From assembly GCA_964489875.1 (NCBI GenBank), contig CAZAZW010000002.1, positions 64,503 to 128,502 of the forward strand: a stretch of 64,000 bases of DNA, read 5' to 3'. The position numbers and the translations under genes were made by a program. Under the pieces are notes generated by a model. It was not told the DNA's origin, ran no database searches, and saw only the letters and a list, made by a program, of their open reading frames with translations. Origin of the DNA: an uncultured Gammaproteobacteria bacterium (GTDB lineage: Bacteria; Patescibacteriota; Microgenomatia; Daviesbacterales; UBA10151). Of the stretch, positions 35,992 to 44,529 are shown piece by piece. Numbering within the stretch: position 1 is the first letter of the stretch; each line of letters opens with the position of its first letter.

Positions 35992-37045
35992 TTTTTTTAA
36001 TGAAAGTCATTATGATAAAATAGACAGGATGGATAATTTAGACCCCAAAAATGTGCTTGGTTCAACTAAGATGCTGGCAGATCAGTGCGATTATATTTGG
36101 GCGCTGGCTAAAACTGTAGAATTTCCCGCAGATTATAAATCCTTGGAAAATATCACCCTTTGCGGCATGGGTGGATCAAGGTATGGTGCATACATTGTAA
36201 AAAATCTTTACTGGGATTTACTTAAAGTTCCTCTTCTAGAATACGGAGATTACCATCTGCCGGCATATCTTAATAAAAAAAGTTTGTTTATTCTTTCCAG
36301 CTATTCCGGTGGAACAGAAGAGCCACTTAATTCTGCCAAGGAAGCTCTGGAAAAAGGTTACTCTGTTGTTGGATTAACCAGTGGTGGAGAAGCGCTGGAG
36401 ATGTCTAAAAATTACAATTTTCCATCTATCGTATTCAATCAAAAGTACAACCCGTCTGGCCAACCGCGCCTTGGTACCGGATATATGGTGTTGGGTACTA
36501 TTGCGCTTCTGACAAGGTTAGGTTATCTCCAAGTTAGCGATGGGGTGGTAGAAAAGGCAATCAGTGAACTCCGGGCATCTCGGGAGGAAGTAGAGTCAAG
36601 GGCAAAAGAGCTGGCCCAAGCTCTCTACGGCCATATTCCTGTTTATTTTGCTGCGGAATTTCTAAACGGCAACATCCATATTATTAGAAACCAGACTAAT
36701 GAAACAGCAAAAAGTTTTTCTGCATTTTCAGAGCTTCCTGAACTAAATCACCATCTTATGGAAGGACTTAGGAACCCTAAGGAAAAAAAATTATTTATGT
36801 TGTTTATATCCTCAGATTTGTATTCGGATAAATTAAAGAAACGTTTGGAGTTAACGAAAGATGTAGTGGGGAAAAATGGGGTAGCCTTTGATGAATATAA
36901 ACCTTCAGGTAGCTCTAAGCTATCCCAGATGTTAAATGTGCTTTCTTTTGGTGGTTACTTAAGCCTTTATCTTGCTTTCCTGTATAAACAAGACCCCAGC
37001 TTAATTCCCTGGGTAGATTATTTCAAAGACCAATTAGCAAAGTAG
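35939..37045 (+). CDS. pgi: SIS-domain bifunctional phosphoglucose/phosphomannose isomerase (archaeal-type PGI).
   Basis: 'LCGMGGSRYGAYIV' and a second SIS half. The ORF-track start overlaps zwf by ~50 nt, so the true start is probably a downstream Met. Confidence 0.75.
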   Translation: MMPKMTKTNGSIALKDTIFFNESHYDKIDRMDNLDPKNVLGSTKMLADQCDYIWALAKTVEFPADYKSLENITLCGMGGSRYGAYIVKNLYWDLLKVPLLEYGDYHLPAYLNKKSLFILSSYSGGTEEPLNSAKEALEKGYSVVGLTSGGEALEMSKNYNFPSIVFNQKYNPSGQPRLGTGYMVLGTIALLTRLGYLQVSDGVVEKAISELRASREEVESRAKELAQALYGHIPVYFAAEFLNGNIHIIRNQTNETAKSFSAFSELPELNHHLMEGLRNPKEKKLFMLFISSDLYSDKLKKRLELTKDVVGKNGVAFDEYKPSGSSKLSQMLNVLSFGGYLSLYLAFLYKQDPSLIPWVDYFKDQLAK

Positions 37046-37219
37046 TCCCGGAACCCGAAAGGCTCACTCCCGAAGAATACGCCCAAAAACTCTCTTTAAA
37101 GCCTTAATGGTTACTGTTTCATTTATGCCACGGCCGTGGGTCATTTGAAACAAAAATCAATTAGCTTGCAACCTGAAAGGTTACCGTGTCATCATACTCC
37201 TACCTCCGAGGTAGGAGTC

Positions 37220-37822
37220 CTAGTTAGGCTGAAGTATAAAATCCAGCCATTTTTTTCTGTATATAGTAATGGTAGCAGCGATAGCTAATACATGTTCAGG
37301 TATAGGGATTTCTATATTGGTTGCCCCATCTAAAGTTGAGGTGTTGGCCGGAACCAATTCATCCCAAATAGAAGATACGGTCATGATTCTATCTTTATCC
37401 TCTTTCGAAAAAAGCTTAGTATTTTCTTCAGCCCAGATAACTGATTCATAAAAGGCTTCGCTACTTTTTGCTGACAGGACTAGAGGGGGAAAGTCTCCGA
37501 TTCCCCTGTTTAACCTTCCGCAAACAATTATCACTTTTGAGACTGCGCTTCTTCGTTCAGCATATCCATTTAGTGCTAGACTACCAAAGGCACTTATTCC
37601 AACTAAGCTTATGCTCCTACCGGCTAATGAATCAATCTTATCAATCAATCCATTCAATTTTGGATCCAGATTATCTGGATCTTTCTTCCAGGGAGCCGGA
37701 TGAAGGTGGAAATTGAATATTGCATCCTTATAAATCAATTTTCTTGGTATGAATCTTTGCACCAAACCAATGCGGTCACTTAGCCCCGGCCCCATGATGA
37801 TGTCATATTCCTGTCTATTCAT
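37220..37822 (-). CDS. Small alpha/beta-hydrolase-like protein.
   Basis: Nucleophile elbow 'GISAFG' (GxSxG). It is translationally coupled to the ABC permease upstream. Confidence 0.45.
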   Translation of the reverse strand: MNRQEYDIIMGPGLSDRIGLVQRFIPRKLIYKDAIFNFHLHPAPWKKDPDNLDPKLNGLIDKIDSLAGRSISLVGISAFGSLALNGYAERRSAVSKVIIVCGRLNRGIGDFPPLVLSAKSSEAFYESVIWAEENTKLFSKEDKDRIMTVSSIWDELVPANTSTLDGATNIEIPIPEHVLAIAATITIYRKKWLDFILQPN

Positions 37823-39005
37823 ACCTTAAGGCCTGGATGGGGTTGAGTTTGGCGGCGCGGATGGCCGGGGCTACCCCAAAGATGACCCCTACTGCCATTG
37901 AGAATCCAAAAGATAGTAAAACTGACCACCAGGGGACAGTGGTAGTGAAAAACCTGCCGATAATAAATGCAAAGCCGAAACCTAAGATAATACCGATAAC
38001 TCCGCCTAAACCAGACAGTATCACTGCCTCAATTAGAAACTGGTTTCTGATATCAGACGGCCTGGCCCCCACGGCTTTGCGAAGCCCGATTTCCCTGGTT
38101 CGCTCTGTTACAGACACCAGCATAATGTTCATAATGCCAATTCCGCCCACTACTAAAGAAATGGCGGCAATTCCTCCCAAAGCTATGGTTAATACCCCGG
38201 TAATTTGGGAAATAGTAGAAAGGGTTTGTTCTTGGGTTTGGACTGAAAACTCATCTTCAGACAACCTTTTTTTCAAGACGTTTGTAGCTTTAGTTTGTAC
38301 GTCCTTAACATCACTTGAATTATTGGCCGAGATATAGATAGTATTTAGCCGGTCTATTCCGAATTGCCGTTCAGCTGAGGAAAAAGGCACATAAATAGAA
38401 TTATCCAGATCTACCCCGAAAACCGATCCTCTTTGTTCTAGCGTCCCAATAACCGTATATTTTAACCCTGCCACGTCAATAATTTTACCTAAAGCTTGCC
38501 CCGATCCGAAAAGGTTAGTTTGGACAGTTTGACCAATAACAGCAACTTTTCTAACAGACTGTTGTTCCGACTCCCTAAAAAACCTGCCCGCTGGAATCTT
38601 TAGGGTGATAACTTTTGGATAATTGGCATCTACCCCAAAAATAGCCACCCCCTTGTCATTCTTATTACCTACTTTTAAAGTGGCATTCCGCTGGATTGCC
38701 GCGGAAACTTCTGCTTCACCTGTAAGTTTACTTCTTAAATTAACAGCATCTGTATAAACCAGTCTGTTTGCCTGTACTCCTCCGGGTGAACGGGCTCCGC
38801 CGATTCTGCCGGGAATCACAAACATTAAATTGGATCCCAGACCCTGGATTTGGCCGGTAATAAAAGTTTGAAGACCCGACACAACAGCAATCAGCAAAAT
38901 TACTGAGGTAACACCAATTACTATGCCCAGGGTGGTCAAAAAGGATCTCATTCGATTGGCCAAAATGGCATTTATAGCTGAAGTTGCAGTCTCAAAAATA
39001 TCCAT
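37815..39005 (-). CDS. ABC transporter permease, MacB/FtsX family.
   Basis: One N-terminal TM, a large extracytoplasmic domain and three C-terminal TMs. Confidence 0.8.
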   Translation of the reverse strand: MDIFETATSAINAILANRMRSFLTTLGIVIGVTSVILLIAVVSGLQTFITGQIQGLGSNLMFVIPGRIGGARSPGGVQANRLVYTDAVNLRSKLTGEAEVSAAIQRNATLKVGNKNDKGVAIFGVDANYPKVITLKIPAGRFFRESEQQSVRKVAVIGQTVQTNLFGSGQALGKIIDVAGLKYTVIGTLEQRGSVFGVDLDNSIYVPFSSAERQFGIDRLNTIYISANNSSDVKDVQTKATNVLKKRLSEDEFSVQTQEQTLSTISQITGVLTIALGGIAAISLVVGGIGIMNIMLVSVTERTREIGLRKAVGARPSDIRNQFLIEAVILSGLGGVIGIILGFGFAFIIGRFFTTTVPWWSVLLSFGFSMAVGVIFGVAPAIRAAKLNPIQALRYE

Positions 39006-39673
39006 TATTGTATTTCTCCATCCTTTATCCTGATTATCCTTCTGGCATTCTTTGCAATATCTGTTTCATGGGTAATCATAATGATGGTTTTACCCTCTTT
39101 GTTTAACCTTCTAAAAATTTCCATGATTTCCTTACCGCTTCTAGAATCTAAATTCCCAGTAGGTTCATCTGCCAAAATTATTTCCGGATTATTAACCAGC
39201 GCTCTGGCAATAGCCACCCTTTGTTGTTGACCGCCTGAGAGTTGGTTAGGGTGCGAGGAAAGCTTATCCCCGAGTCCTACCTGAGCTAAGGCTAGCTTTG
39301 CCCTTTCCATGCGTTCGTTTTTAGATACCCCGGCATAAATTAACGGCATAGCAACATTATCTAGCGCACTTGTCCGCGGCAGTAAATTAAATGATTGGAA
39401 AACAAAACCGATTTTTTTATTTCTGATACCAGCCAAGTGATCTTCTTTGAGCGAGGAGGTATCCTGCCCCTCAAGTTCATAAGCTCCCGAGGTGGGTTTA
39501 TCTAACAAGCCGATGATATTCATCAGGGTAGATTTGCCGGACCCTGAAGCGCCGATAACAGCGACAAATTCATTTTTCGTTATCACCAGATTGATGTCTT
39601 TAAGCGCTTTAAAGGAAATTTCCCCGGTTTCGTAAACTTTATTTACTTTAGAAAGTTTGACTAGTAAATCCAT
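39005..39673 (-). CDS. ABC transporter ATP-binding protein (MacB/LolD-type).
   Basis: Walker A 'GASGSGKST', signature 'LSGGQQQRVAIARAL' and Walker B 'ILADEPTGNLD'. Confidence 0.9.
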   Translation of the reverse strand: MDLLVKLSKVNKVYETGEISFKALKDINLVITKNEFVAVIGASGSGKSTLMNIIGLLDKPTSGAYELEGQDTSSLKEDHLAGIRNKKIGFVFQSFNLLPRTSALDNVAMPLIYAGVSKNERMERAKLALAQVGLGDKLSSHPNQLSGGQQQRVAIARALVNNPEIILADEPTGNLDSRSGKEIMEIFRRLNKEGKTIIMITHETDIAKNARRIIRIKDGEIQ

Positions 39674-40825
39674 TTATCTGCCCCTGCCTACTGTGCCGCG
39701 GGGGCCGCCTCCCACAAAACGCAGCAGTCCGCTCAAAGGATTCCTGTTTTGGCGATTTATTAGATTACTACCGGGAGCCGGCGGGTTTAACAAAATTTGC
39801 TCACCTTCTTTTAAACCCTCCTTAATTTCAACTTCAGTATCAGACCGGATTCCGGGGGTAACCTTCTGAGGACGCAGAGTCTGTCCCTGTTGGACGATCA
39901 CCGTGTCATCCTCACGCAATGCTTCTTGAGGGATGGTAAAAGCATTTTTGGCAGATTCAATTATGATAGAGGCTTGACCGGTTAAACCGTTTATGAATGG
40001 GGTGACCGGATCATCTAATATAATCCTTATGGTGACAACTGTTGCGCCTTGGGAGGTGGCTTTTGTTTGGGGCAGAATTTGGTCAACAGTACCTGTAAAG
40101 ATAGAATCAGGATAGGCATCCAGGATTACCTCGGCAGGCAGCCCCACTTTAATTTTGCTGATATCCGCTTCATCTATATCAGTGTCAAAATAAACAGCTG
40201 ATGTATCTACCACCTGGGCAATTAAATCAGCGCCGGTAACTGTCTGGTTTGGTACCTGGATTGCTGAAGTAACCAGTCCACCGATCGGGGAAATTATGAC
40301 TGTATCTTGAAAATCCCTTTGTATGGCTTTTATGGAATCAAAAGCATTGTCGCGGCTTACTTCTGCAGTAGTTCTAAGCTGCCTCTGGGTCATGGTTTCA
40401 TTGGCTGTCCCCACATTTGCAAACCCGCCATTACCATATTGGAATAGGTGAATATCATCTAATACTTTGTCAGTAGTAGCTTGCTTATCCCTTAAGGTGT
40501 TTTGAGCTTGTTGTAAATTTATAGCCAGCTCCTGGGTATCCAATCCGGCAATGACTTGGCCGGGAAAAACCTTATCCCCGGTTTTTACATTAATAAAGGT
40601 AAGTTTTCCGGCAGATCTAAACTTTAAATCAGCGCTGTTTTTACCTGTCAGATTCCCGGAAGAAGAGACAGTAAATTTGATATCCTGTTTTTTAACTTCC
40701 GTAAATTCCAGAGGAGTTTGTTTTGGTCTGCCAAAAAAATTAAAGCCCAGTATAGCAATAATGATGATGGCCACCATAATAAATACTTTTTTTCTGGTTG
40801 GCCTCAAAAGCTTAAGAATACCCAT
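39674..40825 (-). CDS. HlyD/MacA-family periplasmic adaptor (membrane-fusion) protein.
   Basis: N-terminal TM, coiled-coil, and lipoyl/beta-barrel motifs 'GKLTFINVKTGDKVFPGQVIAGLD'. Confidence 0.75.
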   Translation of the reverse strand: MGILKLLRPTRKKVFIMVAIIIIAILGFNFFGRPKQTPLEFTEVKKQDIKFTVSSSGNLTGKNSADLKFRSAGKLTFINVKTGDKVFPGQVIAGLDTQELAINLQQAQNTLRDKQATTDKVLDDIHLFQYGNGGFANVGTANETMTQRQLRTTAEVSRDNAFDSIKAIQRDFQDTVIISPIGGLVTSAIQVPNQTVTGADLIAQVVDTSAVYFDTDIDEADISKIKVGLPAEVILDAYPDSIFTGTVDQILPQTKATSQGATVVTIRIILDDPVTPFINGLTGQASIIIESAKNAFTIPQEALREDDTVIVQQGQTLRPQKVTPGIRSDTEVEIKEGLKEGEQILLNPPAPGSNLINRQNRNPLSGLLRFVGGGPRGTVGRGR

Positions 40826-41059
40826 AGTCTGCGTATTTTAATACTTTAGGCCAAAAAAAGAAAGCCCCTCCGCTCCGTCATTGCGAGGAACGAGTGAAAC
40901 CGAGTCAGACTCGGTGAAACGAGTGACGTGGCAATCTATGTTTGCGGAATTACATTCCCACATTCCATGTGGGGAAGCTTTTCATGTGGGGAAGCTTTTC
41001 TCTTGATAACAAAATAGTGTACGGCCGTCCAATGTTTTGTTATGAGGTACTGGTATTTT
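40826..41059 (-). promoter_or_regulatory. Structured intergenic element upstream of the efflux operon (tandem 17-bp repeat plus multiple palindromes).
   Basis: See findings. Confidence 0.4.
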
Positions 41060-41860
41060 CTAGAAAGGGAATTTAGGCCTGCCGTTAACAATTGGGTATT
41101 TGGGAAGAGCTTTTGGTTCTGAACGTAGAAGAGTAAAATCTTCACGGTTTACATGCCAGGCAATTCTAGCTGCATCAGCTAATGAATAATTGGGAAAGTC
41201 TCTCCCGGGTAAATCGGCTCCAACAAGCCGATTCATAAGTTCTATTATTCTTTTACTGCTTCTGGTGGGATAATCGGTTTCGTAACATAGGTATATCCCT
41301 TCGTGCTGAAGTGCTTGTAATTCGTGTCTCCAAAAATTCTCTGATAAGTTTCCGGGTAATCCTTTAGGTAGACCATCATAAGTTTCGCCTCCTACGATCA
41401 GTTTATAGACAAATGTATCATCTTGACCTCGATTTTTTCGATACACTTCTATATTTCGTGGGAAACGATCAAACCAGGGATAGTTCATTGCATCCCCTGG
41501 AGCAATGATAAACGTGACTAAGGGGCTTCTGATTGCATCCAATTCTCCAGCAATATCTCTGCCGACCAATTTCAAAAATGAGTGCTCTTCTACTGCATCT
41601 TCTATATCCTGTATCTCAGGGACATCAAACTGTGCCCCCAAGCGAAAAGCTCTGTACATACCAAGTGCTGTATTAAACGCTGCCAAATCAGAATAATCCA
41701 GCAGTCTTCTGCCGAACCACATTGATATTATGGTTAATTCTTCTTTTAAGATTCGTCTTTCTCCCAGACTATATTCTGGTCTACCTAGCGGTATAATCCC
41801 TGTATTTGTTATTATAATATCTGTGCCTGGTTGGACACCATCGTTGCTTTCTAAACCCAT
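41060..41860 (-). CDS. Hypothetical protein (266 aa) with no recognisable domain.
   Basis: Clean ORF; I recognise no motif. Confidence 0.5.
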   Translation of the reverse strand: MGLESNDGVQPGTDIIITNTGIIPLGRPEYSLGERRILKEELTIISMWFGRRLLDYSDLAAFNTALGMYRAFRLGAQFDVPEIQDIEDAVEEHSFLKLVGRDIAGELDAIRSPLVTFIIAPGDAMNYPWFDRFPRNIEVYRKNRGQDDTFVYKLIVGGETYDGLPKGLPGNLSENFWRHELQALQHEGIYLCYETDYPTRSSKRIIELMNRLVGADLPGRDFPNYSLADAARIAWHVNREDFTLLRSEPKALPKYPIVNGRPKFPF

Positions 41861-41904
41861 ATGCGAGATTTTATCACACTATAAGTTCTAAAACAAATGA
41901 TTGT

Positions 41905-42885
41905 TTAGCGATTTACAAAAAGGATAGCATTAGGGATACTTCTACCTGGGCCAGCCTTGTATCCGCCGTGCCAGAGGGCTGTGGAGCCGCCCTGGTCCAG
42001 ATTCAAAGCTCCATCCATTCCTAGCGTTTTTAATACTTTGGCAGACTCACCCATAGAAGCACTGTGGACAATGCCGATGTAGACCATATTTCCCTTAGCA
42101 GCTATAAAGGTTCGGCTGGCTTTTCCGCCGAATTTGGGTTCATTAGGTGCCTCTGTAAAATTTATGTTGTTGCCGGCGATCAAAAGCGGATAATTGGCAA
42201 TGACAGAGTCAGGGCTGGTATCCCGTCCCCATTCCAGGGATTGGCCAACAAACCTGGCAGAGCCCGCTGAAAAAATGGCTGCCGGAACAGTAGAATAAAC
42301 ATTATTATCGGAATTAAAGTAGCGTTTATTTTTGTTCATTAAAAGGGTATCAAAAGAATTTGTTTTCCCGGCGCAACTGGAGTAATCTGCAGGACAGAAG
42401 TATGAACCGTTAATTCCTGCATAAGCTCCGTTTCTTCCAACGTAATCAGCCAAGGATAAAACTGGGCAATCATTTGAGCAATCTGACTCGGATGCCGTAT
42501 CTACTATTACTTTGGTCGAATTTAAATCGGCTGCGACTATGGAGACTGTATAATTTTGTCCGTCAGCACTGACAGTTTGTTTGGAAAAGCCGGACCCTGG
42601 AGGATTATTGTTTGTACTAACCGGGACAGGCGCTACGGACGGTTTCGGTACAGGGGTCGGTTTGGGTGTTGGAGTAGGTATTGGAGTGGGGGATGGAGTT
42701 GGAGAAGGAGTCGGTGTAGGTACTGGTGTAGCGCTGGGAGAAGCTATTTGGATAATAGTTGGGGCCAGCGAGCTCTTGTTTACTTTTCTCTGATTAGTGG
42801 ATTCAAAAAATATTGCTGAAGAGAGAACTGCCAGTATTATGATGATGGCAATAGGCGCGATTCCTCTTTGGTTAATAAATTTCAT
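41905..42885 (-). CDS. Secreted phosphodiester-glycosidase (DUF2233/NAGPA-like) domain protein with a Pro/Thr linker.
   Basis: Signal peptide, 'PTPTPSPTPSPTPIPTPTPKPTPVP', and a C-terminal 'LDQGGSTALW' like the DUF2233 'LDGGGS' motif. Confidence 0.5.
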   Translation of the reverse strand: MKFINQRGIAPIAIIIILAVLSSAIFFESTNQRKVNKSSLAPTIIQIASPSATPVPTPTPSPTPSPTPIPTPTPKPTPVPKPSVAPVPVSTNNNPPGSGFSKQTVSADGQNYTVSIVAADLNSTKVIVDTASESDCSNDCPVLSLADYVGRNGAYAGINGSYFCPADYSSCAGKTNSFDTLLMNKNKRYFNSDNNVYSTVPAAIFSAGSARFVGQSLEWGRDTSPDSVIANYPLLIAGNNINFTEAPNEPKFGGKASRTFIAAKGNMVYIGIVHSASMGESAKVLKTLGMDGALNLDQGGSTALWHGGYKAGPGRSIPNAILFVNR

Positions 42886-42898
42886 CGGCAGATGCAGT

Positions 42899-43459
42899 TT
42901 AAGAACTGTGATTTTCTATGATTTGAATTATTTTGTCAACTGTTTGATCTAACTTTCCTGGTATATTTTCCACCACAAAATCATAATTTCCTTTATATTC
43001 TTCCCAGTATTGCTGATCTTCTCGCATTCTTTTCTCAATATCCTTTTCATTGAAGCCCCTTTTCTTTAGCCTTTCTAAAACTACCGAATCGGGAACTGTC
43101 AAATATATTACTAAAACCGGAGAATCAATTAACTGTCTGATTTTGCCTGCCCTGGACGGATCTATTCTCCAGATGAGGCCCTGGCCGGTACTTGCAAGTT
43201 GGGTTTTCTCCGTGCCATAGAAATTACCTCCATATTCTACATATTCAAAAAATAAACCCTGATCAATTTTGCTTTTAAAATCTGCCTTAGAGATAAAAAA
43301 ATAATCAACCCCGTTTTTTTCACCTGCTCTTGGAGTCCGGGAAGTAGTAGTCATAACCTTTTTAAAATTAGGAAACTTGGATAGAAGTTTCGCTATCACA
43401 GTATCCTTGCCTGAGGCTGTTTTTCCGGTAAGAATAATAAGCATGGAAGGATTAGTCAC
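42899..43459 (-). CDS. gmk: Guanylate kinase.
   Basis: P-loop 'LTGKTASGKDT' and 'TTTSRTPRAGEKNGVDYFFIS' (GMP-binding). Confidence 0.8.
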   Translation of the reverse strand: MTNPSMLIILTGKTASGKDTVIAKLLSKFPNFKKVMTTTSRTPRAGEKNGVDYFFISKADFKSKIDQGLFFEYVEYGGNFYGTEKTQLASTGQGLIWRIDPSRAGKIRQLIDSPVLVIYLTVPDSVVLERLKKRGFNEKDIEKRMREDQQYWEEYKGNYDFVVENIPGKLDQTVDKIIQIIENHSS

Positions 43460-43823
43460 GTGATATATTTTTGTCTATGGAGATCAGTTTATCAAGTGAG
43501 TAATTTTTATAAATGACTTGGCGGTGGGCTTTAGGAACTGTTAAACCATGAATAATCCCGCCTAAAAGAATACCTTTTGTAACAATATAATCTACTATTC
43601 CCATGGAAATAAAAAAAGACAGCCCCAGCACAATGGAAAAAGACACCCAGTGGTGCAAGTGTATAACCCGGTTGAAAATCCTAAACCGAAGGACCGGGAA
43701 AATTTGCACTCTCTTGGTCTTGATGTTGGGTAATTTTCTTCTGATGCGGGATGTGGGGTGAGTGGTAACTCTAAGCGTCAAGTACCCGAGGGCCGTTGCC
43801 GGTATGAAAGATAAGTATTCCAT
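43452..43823 (-). CDS. Small membrane protein, hypothetical.
   Basis: Two TM helices. It overlaps the gmk start by 8 nt. Confidence 0.45.
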   Translation of the reverse strand: MEYLSFIPATALGYLTLRVTTHPTSRIRRKLPNIKTKRVQIFPVLRFRIFNRVIHLHHWVSFSIVLGLSFFISMGIVDYIVTKGILLGGIIHGLTVPKAHRQVIYKNYSLDKLISIDKNISRD

Positions 43824-43907
43824 ATATTAGCTTAATTTAATTCTAGTAAAACCAGCTTGCAATTGCAAATCACCCCTGTTTTTAAGACTAGCTTAGAGTG
43901 GTATAAT

Positions 43908-44150
43908 ATGGGCGTGACTGCACAGGAAATCTTAAATACTCTGCTGATCATAGGCTTTCTTATCATTACTATATGTATTGCTTTTGTAAGCTTCTTTTTA
44001 GTCAAAACCTTAAGAGCTATCATAAATCTCACGCAGTCTTTGGAAGAAACTAGCGATAATATAAAACAGAAATTGCAGATGAGGTTTTTAACGGCAATTC
44101 CGGCAATTTTAGTAGCTTTAATCGGAAGATTTCTTAAAAGAGGGAGGTGA
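43908..44150 (+). CDS. DUF948-like small membrane protein (start moved to the internal Met).
   Basis: 'tggtataat' -10 element just upstream. TM helix followed by a coiled segment. Confidence 0.45.
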   Translation: MGVTAQEILNTLLIIGFLIITICIAFVSFFLVKTLRAIINLTQSLEETSDNIKQKLQMRFLTAIPAILVALIGRFLKRGR

Positions 44151-44154
44151 TTTT

Positions 44155-44421
44155 ATGGCTAATGATAAAAAAGGAATAAGCCCATTGGCAACAGGTGTGG
44201 CAGGAGCTGTGATTGGTGCAGCAGCCGCAGCTGCAGCAATAGCGCTGTCAGATGAGAAAAACAGAAAAAAGGCTGAAAAAGTTCTGGAAACCTTGCAGAA
44301 ACAAGGTAATAGCGTCTTAAAGGAGATAACCAAAAGGGCAATGGAAATGAAGGATGCAGTGGGAAAAGGAGCAGAGGAAGCTAAAGAAGAGATTAAAAAA
44401 CTAAATAGTAAAAAGAAATAA
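44155..44421 (+). CDS. YtxH-like small protein.
   Basis: A Gly/Ala-rich helix 'GVAGAVIGAAAAAAAIAL' followed by a Lys/Glu-rich coiled segment, typical of the YtxH neighbour of DUF948. Confidence 0.45.
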   Translation: MANDKKGISPLATGVAGAVIGAAAAAAAIALSDEKNRKKAEKVLETLQKQGNSVLKEITKRAMEMKDAVGKGAEEAKEEIKKLNSKKK

Positions 44422-44529
44422 ACCATTTAAGGCATTAGTTGTTATTTTTCTTGACCTTACCTAAAAATAATTCTTCTCTTAATAAGAACTTGCTTATAGT
44501 ATACTTTTTGTGCTAAAATCCCGAAAACT

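Noticed and set aside
37197-37217. Hairpin ctcctacc-tccga-ggtaggag between convergent pgi and alpha/beta-hydrolase genes, plus the 12-bp palindrome ccacggccgtgg at ~37131.
   Set aside because: A plausible bidirectional terminator, but there is no U-run on either side. Left as an observation only.
40969-41004. Possible CRISPR-like repeat (atgtggggaagcttttc x2).
   Set aside because: There are only two 17-bp copies, directly abutting with no spacer, and no cas genes. This is a tandem duplication, not an array.
40936-41145. 69-aa ORF inside the structured intergenic element.
   Set aside because: It overlaps the 3' end of the 41060..41860 gene. The region is dominated by palindromes and repeats that read as RNA/DNA structure rather than coding sequence.
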